Numbered from the stretch's first letter, positions 46,417 through 56,701 are shown. The stretch is DNA of 64,000 nt from Maribacter sp. (GCA_018679695.1 JAHHKH010000254.1:199-64198), one strand, 5' to 3'. The notes: a model not told the origin generated them from the letters alone. A program made the numbers and translations.

Positions 46417-47646
46417 TTGAAGCTACATCTTGCTGGTCCGCCCAGTTCTCTGTTTAATTCCAACATTCAAATCACAGGTTCCAAAAGTGAGTCAAATCGT
46501 TTGCTCTTGTTGCAAGCTTTGTATCCCAATATTTCAATTCAAAACCTATCGAATTCAGACGATGCGGATGTGATGCGCAAAGGCTTAAAGATTTCCGAGG
46601 GTGTTATCGATATTCACCATGCAGGCACGGCAATGCGTTTTCTAACGGGTTATTATGCCTCTCAAGAGGGCAAGACCGTAACCTTGACCGGTTCACAGCG
46701 CATGACCGAGCGGCCCGTGAAAATTTTGGTCGATGCATTACTTGCCTTGGGGGCAGAAATAGAATATGTGAATGCTGTCGGCTATCCACCGTTGAGGATA
46801 AAGGGAAAGAAACTAACCAAAAATAAAGTCAGCTTACCTGCCAATATTAGTAGTCAATATATTTCATCATTATTACTCATTGCGCCTAGCTTGGAAAACG
46901 GTTTGGAACTTGAATTAATGGGGGAAATTACGTCTGTACCCTATATTAAAATGACCTTGGCACTGCTAGATCAAATTGGCATTTCGACATCGTTCAATGG
47001 TAATGTGATTCAGGTGCAACCAAAATATACAGTAGCGGATTGCACGATTGTAGTTGAATCCGATTGGAGTTCCGCATCTTATTTTTATAGCATAGTTGCC
47101 TTGAGTGAAATTGGCTCTGAAATTAAATTGGAATCCTATAAAAAACATAGTTTACAGGGAGATAGTGTTCTTGCACATATATACAGGGATTTTGGTGTGG
47201 AGACCTCTTTTTCAACTAATGAAATTGTATTGAAAAAAGTGAGGAAATGTGAACTTGATGCTATAACATGTGATTTATCAAATGCCCCGGATATTGCACA
47301 AACCATGGCAGTTACGTGTCTTGGATTGGGTGTTGGATGTGAACTTACAGGCTTACATACACTAAAAATAAAAGAAACCGATAGGTTGGAAGCCATGCAA
47401 ATTGAGCTTTCTAAATTCGGGGCAAAGGTTGTAGTAACCGACAAGATCCTACGTTTGGCCCCAACTCAAGAGCTAGTATCCGAAGTAGCGGTAAATACAT
47501 ATAACGATCACAGAATGGCAATGGCATTTGGTCCTTTGGCATTAAAAACATCCTTAATAATCAATGATGCTGAGGTAGTTTCAAAATCGTATCCTGATTT
47601 TTGGGATGATCTTGAAAAACTGCGTTTTCAGCTTCGAAAAGTATAA
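46417..47646 (+). CDS. aroA: 3-phosphoshikimate 1-carboxyvinyltransferase (EPSP synthase)
   Basis: 409 aa. GSKSESNR, GTAMRFL and ...DHRMAMAF motifs. TTG start. Confidence 0.92.
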   Translation: MKLHLAGPPSSLFNSNIQITGSKSESNRLLLLQALYPNISIQNLSNSDDADVMRKGLKISEGVIDIHHAGTAMRFLTGYYASQEGKTVTLTGSQRMTERPVKILVDALLALGAEIEYVNAVGYPPLRIKGKKLTKNKVSLPANISSQYISSLLLIAPSLENGLELELMGEITSVPYIKMTLALLDQIGISTSFNGNVIQVQPKYTVADCTIVVESDWSSASYFYSIVALSEIGSEIKLESYKKHSLQGDSVLAHIYRDFGVETSFSTNEIVLKKVRKCELDAITCDLSNAPDIAQTMAVTCLGLGVGCELTGLHTLKIKETDRLEAMQIELSKFGAKVVVTDKILRLAPTQELVSEVAVNTYNDHRMAMAFGPLALKTSLIINDAEVVSKSYPDFWDDLEKLRFQLRKV

Positions 47647-47693
47647 TTCTTATTTAATTAACGATTTACTTGACATCCCCTATATCGAGGTTG

Positions 47694-47701
47694 TATATTT
47701 G
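47694..47701 (+). promoter_or_regulatory. candidate -7 promoter box (TATATTTG) for queA
   Basis: Exact TAnnTTTG match 44 nt upstream of the ATG at 47745. Confidence 0.4.
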
Positions 47702-47744
47702 CAGCCGCAAAATTTTGTAAATAAAAAACTATAATTACTACCAA

Positions 47745-48794
47745 ATGAAATTATCACACTTCAATTTTGAGCTTCCTAATGACTTATTGGCTGAATATCC
47801 TGCTGAGAATAGGGACGAATCCAAGCTAATGGTCATCCATAGGGAAACAGGTAAAATTGAACATAAGATGTTCAAAGATTTGATCAACTATTTTGAAGAA
47901 GGTGATGTCATGGTATTGAACAATACGAAGGTTTTTCCTGCGAGGTTATACGGCAATAAAGAAAAGACAGGGGCACGAATTGAGGTGTTCTTACTTCGGG
48001 AACTTAATGAAGAGCAACGTCTATGGGATGTTTTGGTAGACCCCGCCCGTAAAATACGTATTGGCAATAAGCTATATTTTGGGGAAGATGAAAGCCTGGT
48101 CGCTGAAGTTATTGACAATACCACATCCAGAGGAAGAACATTGCGTTTTTTATATGATGGATCGTATACCGATTTTAGAAGAAAGCTTCGCGAATTAGGC
48201 GAAACTCCCCTACCTAAATACATTAAAAGGGATGTGGAACCTGAAGATGAAGAACGATACCAAACCATTTATGCCAAGCATGAAGGTGCCGTTGCTGCAC
48301 CAACTGCTGGACTTCATTTTTCAAAGCACCTGTTGAAACGATTGGAAATAAAAGGGATTGATTTTGCTGAGGTGACACTTCATGTTGGTTTGGGTACTTT
48401 TAATCCGGTTGAAGTAGAGGATTTGTCCAAACACAAAATGGATAGCGAGGAACTGATTATTGATGAAAAAGCTACAGAAATAGTAAATCAAGCAAAAAGG
48501 AATAAACGCAAAGTTTGTGCAGTGGGCACAACAGCTATGCGTGGATTGGAAAGTGCTGTTTCCTCAGAACAGACCTTGAATACATTCAATGGGTGGACGA
48601 ACAAGTTCGTTTTCCCTCCTTATGATTTCAGCATAGCAAATTGTATGGTGACCAATTTTCACTTACCAAAATCTACCTTATTGATGATGGTATCTGCTTT
48701 TATTGGCCATGATTTAATGAAAAGAGCATATAAAGAAGCGATTTTGGAGGGCTATAAGTTTTATTCTTATGGTGATGCCATGTTGATCATATAG
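47745..48794 (+). CDS. queA: S-adenosylmethionine:tRNA ribosyltransferase-isomerase
   Basis: 349 aa. F.F.LP..LIA..P, PTAGLHF and VGTT..R.LES motifs. Confidence 0.95.
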   Translation: MKLSHFNFELPNDLLAEYPAENRDESKLMVIHRETGKIEHKMFKDLINYFEEGDVMVLNNTKVFPARLYGNKEKTGARIEVFLLRELNEEQRLWDVLVDPARKIRIGNKLYFGEDESLVAEVIDNTTSRGRTLRFLYDGSYTDFRRKLRELGETPLPKYIKRDVEPEDEERYQTIYAKHEGAVAAPTAGLHFSKHLLKRLEIKGIDFAEVTLHVGLGTFNPVEVEDLSKHKMDSEELIIDEKATEIVNQAKRNKRKVCAVGTTAMRGLESAVSSEQTLNTFNGWTNKFVFPPYDFSIANCMVTNFHLPKSTLLMMVSAFIGHDLMKRAYKEAILEGYKFYSYGDAMLII

Positions 48795-48862
48795 CTTATG
48801 TCTTTTGCCAATCCCGTATGGAAGTTATAGGAGCGGTAGGTATGGACAGGATGAAAAGAAGT

Positions 48863-48904
48863 AAAATCCCACTTTATCGATGATTATTGAAAGTGGGATT
48901 TTTT
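48863..48904 (+). terminator. intrinsic terminator after queA
   Basis: 13-bp stem AAAATCCCACTTT / AAAGTGGGATTTT followed by a T-tract. Confidence 0.75.
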
Positions 48905-48923
48905 ATTGTGGTTTTTGAAATGT

Positions 48924-49970
48924 ATGGAAGAGCAAATACAGAGGAAAGATATTAGGGCATTGACCTTAGATCAATTGCGCGACTTTTTTGTCATGAAAGG
49001 GGATAAGGCTTTTAGAGGCAATCAGGTATATGAATGGCTTTGGCAGAAATCTGCACATTCCTTTGAAACGATGACCAACATCTCTAAAGAAACCCGTAAT
49101 CTTTTAACTTCCAATTTTGTAATAAATCATATCAAAGTCGATCAAATACAACGCAGTGAAGACGGTACAATAAAAAATGCTGTTCGTTTGCATGATGATC
49201 TCGTGGTTGAATCTGTACTCATACCGACCCGAACAAGAACAACGGCTTGCGTATCAAGTCAAGTAGGATGTAGCTTAGACTGCCATTTCTGTGCTACGGC
49301 CAGATTAAAGCGTATGCGCAATTTGAATCCCGATGAAATTTTCGATCAGGTAGTTGCCATCGATAATGAAAGCCGGCTATATTTCAACAGACCTCTTAGT
49401 AATATTGTCTTTATGGGTATGGGAGAGCCTTTGATGAACTATAACAACGTCTTGAAGGCCATAGAAAAGATTACCTCCAAAGAAGGATTGGGAATGTCTC
49501 CAAGGAGAATCACTGTTTCGACTTCGGGTGTACCCAAAATGATAAAAAAAATGGCCGATGAGCAGGTCAAATTCAATCTTGCTGTTTCCTTGCATTCGGC
49601 AGTAGATGAAATACGTACTTCTATTATGCCATTCAATGCAACATTCCCTTTAGTTGATTTAAGGGAAGCCTTACAATATTGGTATAGTAAAACCAAAAGT
49701 AGAATTACCTATGAATATGTGGTCTGGAAAGGAATCAATGATACCCAAAGCGATGCTGATGCTTTGGTGGATTTCTGTCGTTTTGCCCCATCAAAGGTCA
49801 ATCTGATCGAATATAATCCTATTGATGATGATAGGTTTCAACAAGCAAATGAGAAGGCCATAATGATGTATGTTAAAACCCTTGGGAAGAAGGGGATTAC
49901 AGCTACCGTTCGCCGTTCTAGGGGCAAGGATATTGATGCCGCATGCGGTCAATTGGCGAATAAGTCATGA
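48924..49970 (+). CDS. rlmN: 23S rRNA (adenine2503-C2)-methyltransferase, radical SAM
   Basis: About 348 aa. Radical-SAM CSLDCHFC and C-terminal ...GKDIDAACGQL. Start placed at the ATG (MEEQ...) because the TTG at 48906 lies inside the queA terminator. Confidence 0.93.
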   Translation: MEEQIQRKDIRALTLDQLRDFFVMKGDKAFRGNQVYEWLWQKSAHSFETMTNISKETRNLLTSNFVINHIKVDQIQRSEDGTIKNAVRLHDDLVVESVLIPTRTRTTACVSSQVGCSLDCHFCATARLKRMRNLNPDEIFDQVVAIDNESRLYFNRPLSNIVFMGMGEPLMNYNNVLKAIEKITSKEGLGMSPRRITVSTSGVPKMIKKMADEQVKFNLAVSLHSAVDEIRTSIMPFNATFPLVDLREALQYWYSKTKSRITYEYVVWKGINDTQSDADALVDFCRFAPSKVNLIEYNPIDDDRFQQANEKAIMMYVKTLGKKGITATVRRSRGKDIDAACGQLANKS

Positions 49971-50062
49971 CACTTGTCAATTCGGCTTTTATATTTAGGA
50001 TGATACCATATTATTTTCGCTAAATTTATTGACCAATCCAGGCAAAACAAAAACTAGATTAT

Positions 50063-51040
50063 TTGAAAGTTGTATCTCAAATAAAGGAACCCGTTAATAA
50101 GGAAATGGAACTTTTCGAATCCAAGTTCCGGGAATCCATGTCTTCCAAAGTGGCCCTCCTCAATCGTATTACCTACTATATTGTAAACCGCAAAGGGAAA
50201 CAAATGCGACCAATGTTCGTTTTCTTGACGGCGAAACTTTTGAATAATGGTGAAGTCAATGAACGTACCTATCGTGGCGCATCAATCATAGAATTGATAC
50301 ACACGGCCAGTTTAGTACATGACGATGTAGTGGATGAAAGTAACAAACGCCGTGGTTTTTTCTCAATAAATGCACTTTGGAAAAACAAGATTGCCGTGTT
50401 GGTGGGTGATTATCTATTTTCAAAAGGACTTCTATTATCCCTTGATAATGACGATTTTGATCTGTTGAGGATAATCTCAGTTGCAGTACGGGAAATGAGT
50501 GAGGGGGAGTTGCTTCAAATTGAGAAAGCAAGAAGGTTGGATATTGATGAAGAAGTTTATTATGACATAATCCGTCAAAAAACCGCAACCTTGATCGCTG
50601 CTTGTTGCAGTATGGGTGCTTGTTCGGTAAAGCCTGAATCAGATGAGGTGGAGCTCTTCAGAAAATTCGGGGAGTATTGCGGTATGGCTTTTCAGATAAA
50701 AGATGACCTCTTTGATTATGGAGATGAGAAAATAGGTAAACCTACTGGAATAGATATTAAGGAGCAGAAAATGACATTACCTCTAATACATGTACTAAAT
50801 AACTGCTCTAAATCCGATAAGCGATGGTTGATCAATTCGGTGAAGAACCATAATCGGGATAAAAAAAGAGTCAAAGAGGTGATTGGGTTTGTAAAAGACC
50901 AAGGGGGCCTTACCTATGCGGAAGCAAAAATGCATGAATTCAAAAAACAGGCATTGGATTTACTGTTTACCTACCCGCAATCGCAATATAGAGACTCCTT
51001 GGAACTTATGGTGAACTACGTGGTTGATAGAAAAAAATAG
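50063..51040 (+). CDS. polyprenyl diphosphate synthase (IspB-like)
   Basis: 325 aa. First and second Asp-rich motifs LVHDDVVD and KDDLFDY. TTG start. Confidence 0.85.
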   Translation: MKVVSQIKEPVNKEMELFESKFRESMSSKVALLNRITYYIVNRKGKQMRPMFVFLTAKLLNNGEVNERTYRGASIIELIHTASLVHDDVVDESNKRRGFFSINALWKNKIAVLVGDYLFSKGLLLSLDNDDFDLLRIISVAVREMSEGELLQIEKARRLDIDEEVYYDIIRQKTATLIAACCSMGACSVKPESDEVELFRKFGEYCGMAFQIKDDLFDYGDEKIGKPTGIDIKEQKMTLPLIHVLNNCSKSDKRWLINSVKNHNRDKKRVKEVIGFVKDQGGLTYAEAKMHEFKKQALDLLFTYPQSQYRDSLELMVNYVVDRKK

Positions 51041-51143
51041 AATAGTAACCCTTGTTAACCAGTACATTAAAATTATTTATCACTCAATAGGCAACTATTT
51101 TCATTTATAATGCGTCTATCCTTATAGGAGCCAATTAAACGTT

Positions 51144-51707
51144 TTGAAAATCATTTCATTTTACAACAACGAGAAGCAACTCATAAAAAAGGCATCTGCT
51201 GGGAATCAAGAGGCCCAGAGGCGAATTTATGATAAGTATGCCCCTAAGATGTTAGGCGTTTGCAGGCAGTACATAAAAGATCTGCAATTTGCTGAAGACG
51301 TAATGATCAACGGTTTTCTTAAAGTTTTCAATAAACTGGACTCATTTAAATTCAAAGGAAGTTTTGAAGGATGGATACGTAGGATAATGATCAATGAGAG
51401 CATTTCCCATGTTAGAAAACAACAATTTGTCGTCTATGATGATGAATTATATGAACGTAGTAATGCCAATACAGAAACAATTTCGACCGATATGGATGTT
51501 GAACATATTCAATTGTTGATCGATTCACTACCTGAAGGTTATAAAATGGTATTTGTACTCTATGTTATTGAAGGCTATAAGCACCATGAAATTGCAGATT
51601 TATTAGAGGTGTCGGAAAGCACATCGAAATCACAATTATTCAAGGCAAGGAAGATGTTACAGGAAAAGTTACAGAAACAAAATATCATAGGTTATGGAAC
51701 CCGATAA
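51144..51707 (+). CDS. RNA polymerase ECF-type sigma-70 factor
   Basis: 187 aa. Region 2 (...FKGSFEGWIRRIMIN) and region 4 HTH (GYKHHEIADLLEVSESTSKSQL.KAR). Confidence 0.85.
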   Translation: MKIISFYNNEKQLIKKASAGNQEAQRRIYDKYAPKMLGVCRQYIKDLQFAEDVMINGFLKVFNKLDSFKFKGSFEGWIRRIMINESISHVRKQQFVVYDDELYERSNANTETISTDMDVEHIQLLIDSLPEGYKMVFVLYVIEGYKHHEIADLLEVSESTSKSQLFKARKMLQEKLQKQNIIGYGTR

Positions 51708-52434
51708 ATTTGAGAAGCACATAAAAAGTAAGTTGAACGAACGGGAGATAAGCCCTTCTAACAATGCATGGGAGAAAATTGCAACCCAACTTGAAACAAC
51801 TGAAAACCAGAAATCAAATGCGTTTTTTTGGTATAGTGTTGCAGCGGTTTTTATTGGGATATTGATTGTTACAACGCTTTATTTCAATGCCAAGGTTGAT
51901 CCTATTGATTCGGAAATTCAAATTGTGGATACGCCTAAACAAATTGATGTGGTTCCAGCGAACCAAGAGGTGTTATCCGAAGGGAATATAATGGAAAATC
52001 AATTGATCGAAACCCAAGTTCAACCTGAAAAGCCCACTAAAGACCAGCAGATATATCAGGAAGCGATTGTAATTGCCACTTCTCAAACCCTTAAGCTGGA
52101 GGAAACCATGGCAAAGGTTGAGAAAAGTGATGCTGAAATCAATGAAAAAGAACAACTTATCGATATGAAGATAGCTGAATTAGTAGCGCAGGTAGATTTA
52201 TTGGAAAATAAGAACCTTTCAATTTCAAATACCGAGATCGATTCACTCTTAAGGGAGGCGCAAAATGAGATATTGGCCGATAAAATCTTCAATCAAGAGG
52301 GAAAAGTAGATGCTATGGCCTTATTGAATGAGGTCGAAGGAGAGCTCGATAAATCGTTTAGAGAACAAATTTTCGAATCCTTAAAAACAGGTTTTCTAAA
52401 AGTAAGAACCGCGGTCGCTGATCGCAATAATTAA
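51694..52434 (+). CDS. putative anti-sigma factor (single-pass membrane protein)
   Basis: 246 aa. Overlaps the sigma gene by 14 nt. One TM helix (FFWYSVAAVFIGILIVTTLYF) and an acidic coiled-coil C-terminus. The call rests on position only. Confidence 0.45.
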   Translation: MEPDKFEKHIKSKLNEREISPSNNAWEKIATQLETTENQKSNAFFWYSVAAVFIGILIVTTLYFNAKVDPIDSEIQIVDTPKQIDVVPANQEVLSEGNIMENQLIETQVQPEKPTKDQQIYQEAIVIATSQTLKLEETMAKVEKSDAEINEKEQLIDMKIAELVAQVDLLENKNLSISNTEIDSLLREAQNEILADKIFNQEGKVDAMALLNEVEGELDKSFREQIFESLKTGFLKVRTAVADRNN

Positions 52435-52521
52435 ATATTCATCAATCAATCAATCATCATTCTTCCATTTACCTCCCCTTTTTTGGAGGGGTGGTAGGGG
52501 AAGAAGTTAAATTAAAGTGTT

Positions 52522-53610
52522 ATGAGAATTATTACCATTTATCTAATTGTGTTCATCGTTTCATTGGTAATTCAAAATGCATCCGCCCAGGAAAACCAGG
52601 ATTATCAACAAAAAATTGAACAGTTAAAAAAGCAAAAAGAACAAATAAGTGAGCAGGAGAAAGAAGCACTTAAAATTGAGGTCGAGGAAATAAACAGGCG
52701 GTACGAGAAAAACCAGATTAGCTATGAAGAGACGAAGGTCCTAAAGGAGTCAGCAGCCAAAAAAAGAGCTTTGAACATTGAGAACCGAATCGCGATTATC
52801 GAAAATGAAATCCTTCTTATGGAGCGTAATGATGGAGACGTTTTGAACGTTGAGGCAGCCGATAGTACAGGAATTTCCGCTTTAGAAATCAATATAGACC
52901 TTAAAAGAGCGGATGGGTCATCAATGCTTTGGGAAAATAGAAGAAGAAGAATGAGAAAAGAGTTGAAATATGATCGAAGAACCTATTCCGATATTGTATT
53001 GGCCATAGGTTTTAATAACGCTTTGATCGATGGCCAAACTCTCAATGATTCGCCCTACAAAATTGGGGGTAGCCGCTTTTTTGAAATGGGTTGGTCATGG
53101 CGAACAAGAGTTTTTGAAAATACCAACTTTGTAAGACTGCATTATGGATTTTCCTTTCAGTTCAATGGTCTTAAACCCAAGGACAATCAATACTTTGTTG
53201 TTGAGAACGACCAAGTTGAATTGCAGGAATTTGAATATGACTTAAGAAAATCCAAGTTGAGAATGGATAATTTGGTGTTTCCTGTTCATCTGGAATTTGG
53301 TCCTTCTAAATTGCACAAATCCGAAAAGACCATGCGATACTCGTTAACCAATCAATTCCGTTTGGGTATAGGTGCTTATGGCGGATTCAATATGGGAACC
53401 CGTCAAAAATTAAAATATAACCGTAATGGTGAGAAAGTACAGGACAAACTCAAAAGAGGGTACAACACCAACGATTTGGTTTATGGCTTAAGCGCTTATG
53501 TAGGTTTTGATGGAGTGCTGTTATATGCTAAATACGACCTTAATCCAATTTTCAAAGACGCAGCGATCGAACAGAATAATATCTCACTGGGCCTTCGGTT
53601 TGATTTATAG
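52522..53610 (+). CDS. hypothetical outer-membrane beta-barrel protein with N-terminal coiled coil
   Basis: 362 aa. Signal peptide ...NASAQ, a ~100 aa heptad-like Q/E/K-rich segment, then alternating beta-strand pattern ending ...LGLRFDL. Confidence 0.45.
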   Translation: MRIITIYLIVFIVSLVIQNASAQENQDYQQKIEQLKKQKEQISEQEKEALKIEVEEINRRYEKNQISYEETKVLKESAAKKRALNIENRIAIIENEILLMERNDGDVLNVEAADSTGISALEINIDLKRADGSSMLWENRRRRMRKELKYDRRTYSDIVLAIGFNNALIDGQTLNDSPYKIGGSRFFEMGWSWRTRVFENTNFVRLHYGFSFQFNGLKPKDNQYFVVENDQVELQEFEYDLRKSKLRMDNLVFPVHLEFGPSKLHKSEKTMRYSLTNQFRLGIGAYGGFNMGTRQKLKYNRNGEKVQDKLKRGYNTNDLVYGLSAYVGFDGVLLYAKYDLNPIFKDAAIEQNNISLGLRFDL

Positions 53611-53658
53611 ATAGTACGAATCCTTGGTGTGTTATTCCGAGGATTCACTTTCTATTAC

Positions 53659-53686
53659 ATTCCCGCGAAAGCGGGAATCTTTTTTC
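53659..53686. terminator. intrinsic terminator (GNRA-loop hairpin)
   Basis: ATTCCCGC GAAA GCGGGAAT followed by CTTTTTT, between convergent genes ending at 53610 and 53701. Confidence 0.7.
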
Positions 53687-53700
53687 TTCGCATCGAAATC

Positions 53701-53943
53701 TCATCGCATCAAGGAATTTTCCATTTCCCTTGTGAATTCCTCTTTGTAGTACACCCTTTTACAATGCGAACATTCAATAACCCTATGCTTTGAGATTTTA
53801 AAGAGTTTTATCCAAAACAGATGGAAATAGTTAGCCTGGATTACTGCGGTGAGGGTATTTGTCTGTCCACAAAAACCACATTTCACATTAGGTAGCTTTT
53901 GTATTTCTTCTTTTCCGGGTCGTGTACCAAAAAATAGTATCAT
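53701..53943 (-). CDS. zinc-ribbon domain small protein
   Basis: 80 aa with CGFCG ... CSHC paired-Cys motifs. Confidence 0.5.
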   Translation of the reverse strand: MILFFGTRPGKEEIQKLPNVKCGFCGQTNTLTAVIQANYFHLFWIKLFKISKHRVIECSHCKRVYYKEEFTREMENSLMR

Positions 53944-54010
53944 CAGAATTGATTAGGCTATCTAAGATAAACTAAAATTGCCTATTTTTATTCGCTATTG
54001 TGTACTACCA

Positions 54011-55990
54011 ATGATTTCAAAATCGACCATAGATAAAGTATATGAAACCGCCCGATTGGAGGAGGTTATCGGTGATTTTGTACAATTGAAAAAGTCAGGT
54101 TCCAATTTTAAGGGATTGAGTCCCTTTACCGATGAACGTACCCCGAGTTTTATGGTTTCCCCAGTAAAACAGATCTGGAAGGACTTTAGCAGTGGCAAGG
54201 GCGGTAATGTTGTGGCATTTCTTATGGAGCATGAGCATTTCACCTACCCGGAAGCCATTAAATATTTAGCCAAGAAATATAATATCGATGTAGAGGAAAC
54301 CGAACGTACCGATGAACAGAAGCAGGAAGTCAATGAGCGCGAAAGCATGTATTTGGTCTCAGAATTTGCCCAAGGTCATTTTGCCAAAATGTTGTGGGAA
54401 TCGGAATTGGGCAAGGCAATTGGTCTCACCTATTTTAAAGAACGTGGTTTTACCGACGAGACTATCAAAAAGTTTGGACTTGGATACTGTTTGGACCAGT
54501 GGGATGGTTTTACAACGACAGCCTTGGCAAAAGGGTATAAGCTTGATTATCTTGAGAAAACAGGGCTAACCATCATTAAGGAAGATGCAAACAACCCTAA
54601 TAATCCCAGAAAATTCGATAGGTTCAAGGGTAGGGTCATGTTTCCCATCCATTCCATGAGTGGTCGTGTTCTAGGGTTCGGTGGCCGCATACTTACCAAT
54701 GATAAAAAGGCCGCAAAATATTTAAATTCGCCTGAAAGTGAAATTTACCATAAGAGCAAGGTTCTTTATGGTATTTATTTTGCAAAGCAGGCTATAGCGA
54801 AAGACGATAACTGTTATTTGGTCGAAGGGTATACCGATGTTATCCAGTTGTATCAAAGAGGCATCCATAACGTTGTGGCTTCCAGTGGTACGGCCTTGAC
54901 ACCTGAGCAAATTAGGCTTATAAATAGGTTGACCAAGAACATCACCGTGTTGTTCGATGGGGATGCTGCAGGCCTGCGTGCCTCGCTTCGGGGTATCGAT
55001 TTGATTTTGGAGCAGGGAATGAACGTTAAAGTCTGCACCTTTCCGGAAGGCGAAGACCCGGATAGTTTTGCCAAGAACAATGAACTCGAGGAAATTACAC
55101 AATATTTAAAGGATAATTCCAAGGATTTTATCCAATTCAAAGCCTCTTTGCTGGTGAAAGAAGCTGCGAACGACCCTATAAAAAGGGCTGATACAGTTAG
55201 GGATATTGTACATAGCATTTCAAAGATTCCCGATCGCATAAAAAAGGAAATCTACATTCAGGAATGTGCCCAGATCATGAATATATCTGAAGCGGTTTTG
55301 TTCAATACCTTGGCCCAAATCGGAAAAAAAAACCTTACCGATGCCTCGAAAAAAGTAAAGCAAGAGCACAAGGCTTTCGATGTTGTTAAGAACGAACCTT
55401 TACCAGAAAAGGTTGATATTCAATATGAGTTGGAGCGTAAGATCATAGAACTTTTATTATTGTATGGCAATGAACAAGAAGAATTTGAAGATCTTGTTTT
55501 AAAAGAGAATGAGGAAGGCGATTTGATTTTAGAACCAGAATCGTTGGAGGCTAAAGTCTATGAAAAAATATACCTAGATCTTCAGGATGATGAAATTGAA
55601 CTTACTAATCCACATTTTAAGAACATTTACTATAAGTTGATCCAAGAATTGAATCACAAGGAAGATTTCGCGATCAACACCTTCATAGCGGAACTGGATC
55701 AAGAAATGATGGCTGAGATAACGTCTATTTTAATGGAAGAGGAAAAGTACATTTTGCATAACTGGGAGAGCAAGGACATCTATCCAAAAGATAAAAAATT
55801 CGGAGTATCGCAATTAGTGAGCGAAACAATTTTAACCCTGCGCTGCTACTTGATAAAAAGAAGAATGGAAGCATTACAACATAGTACTTCGGAAAAAATG
55901 GGGGATAATAGTGAAACGCTGGAGGAGATTATGAACTACCTGCAGTTGAACAAACTATTGAATAAAAAACTGAACAGGGTCTTATCATAA
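54011..55990 (+). CDS. dnaG: DNA primase
   Basis: About 659 aa. Zinc-finger region (…GLSPF..E.TPSF.V), TOPRIM EGY.DV and DGD.AG motifs. Start at the ATG MISKSTIDKV rather than the upstream TTG at 53978. Confidence 0.95.
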   Translation: MISKSTIDKVYETARLEEVIGDFVQLKKSGSNFKGLSPFTDERTPSFMVSPVKQIWKDFSSGKGGNVVAFLMEHEHFTYPEAIKYLAKKYNIDVEETERTDEQKQEVNERESMYLVSEFAQGHFAKMLWESELGKAIGLTYFKERGFTDETIKKFGLGYCLDQWDGFTTTALAKGYKLDYLEKTGLTIIKEDANNPNNPRKFDRFKGRVMFPIHSMSGRVLGFGGRILTNDKKAAKYLNSPESEIYHKSKVLYGIYFAKQAIAKDDNCYLVEGYTDVIQLYQRGIHNVVASSGTALTPEQIRLINRLTKNITVLFDGDAAGLRASLRGIDLILEQGMNVKVCTFPEGEDPDSFAKNNELEEITQYLKDNSKDFIQFKASLLVKEAANDPIKRADTVRDIVHSISKIPDRIKKEIYIQECAQIMNISEAVLFNTLAQIGKKNLTDASKKVKQEHKAFDVVKNEPLPEKVDIQYELERKIIELLLLYGNEQEEFEDLVLKENEEGDLILEPESLEAKVYEKIYLDLQDDEIELTNPHFKNIYYKLIQELNHKEDFAINTFIAELDQEMMAEITSILMEEEKYILHNWESKDIYPKDKKFGVSQLVSETILTLRCYLIKRRMEALQHSTSEKMGDNSETLEEIMNYLQLNKLLNKKLNRVLS

Positions 55991-56020
55991 TCCCTATGTT
56001 GAAAATTCAAGAATGAAAAT

Positions 56021-56051
56021 AAAAAACCCCGACCTTTAAGCCAGGGTTTTT
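56021..56051. terminator. weak candidate bidirectional terminator
   Basis: AAAAAACCC ... GGGTTTTT with a 14-nt loop, between convergent dnaG and the response regulator gene. Confidence 0.35.
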
Positions 56052-56071
56052 AAACACTTGAACTTTTTGGT

Positions 56072-56701
56072 TTAATACAATTCCAAAGCTTTGGCTTGCT
56101 GTAACAGGTCCACCATATTGTCGACGTTCAACTTTTTCATTAAACGTGCCTTGTAGGTGCTCACTGTTTTCTCATTTAAGTTAAGGCCCAGTGCAACATC
56201 TTTGTTACGTTTTCCGCTGGCCAGTAATTTTAGAACTTCGACTTCCCTGGTTGATAGTTTTCTAAAGAATCTACGGGGTTTCTGCGTCCCTTCATCAAAA
56301 GCCAATCGTTGAGCAAGTTCATTGGTTATGAACATGTTTCCTTCACTAACCTTCTTCACGGCAGCAATGATGTAATCAATATCAGAAGCTTTCGAGAGGT
56401 AGCCAAATGCCCCAGCCCTTATGGTACTGAGTGCATAGACATCTTCAGATTGCCCACTGTACATTAACACCTTCACATCAGGATATTCTTTTTTGATTCT
56501 CCTTAAAGTGGCGATACCATTGATTTCGGGAATGTCCATTTCTAACATAACCACATCAGGGGAAGTTATCTCCAGCTTGTTAAAAAGCTCGGAAGTAGTT
56601 GAAACATCATCTACAACTTCAAATCCACTCGCATTGTTCAATACTTGTCTAACTCCCATTCTAATGATAGGATGGTTGTCCGCAATTAGCACTTTAATCA
56701 T
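56072..56701 (-). CDS. NarL/LuxR-type response regulator with non-canonical receiver pocket (Asp-Asn ... Glu at the acceptor position)
   Basis: 209 aa. REC domain plus C-terminal LuxR HTH (LS.RE.EVL.L...G..NK..A..L...EKTV..Y...L..KL). The acceptor context reads VVMLEMDIP, where canonical regulators have ..LLD...P. Confidence 0.85.
   Translation of the reverse strand: MIKVLIADNHPIIRMGVRQVLNNASGFEVVDDVSTTSELFNKLEITSPDVVMLEMDIPEINGIATLRRIKKEYPDVKVLMYSGQSEDVYALSTIRAGAFGYLSKASDIDYIIAAVKKVSEGNMFITNELAQRLAFDEGTQKPRRFFRKLSTREVEVLKLLASGKRNKDVALGLNLNEKTVSTYKARLMKKLNVDNMVDLLQQAKALELY

Noticed and set aside
52472-52500. CCTCCCC TTTTTT GGAGGGG string after the anti-sigma gene that looks like a terminator
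   Set aside because: On checking, the arms are not reverse complements (GGAGGGG versus the required GGGGAGG), so no stable stem forms.
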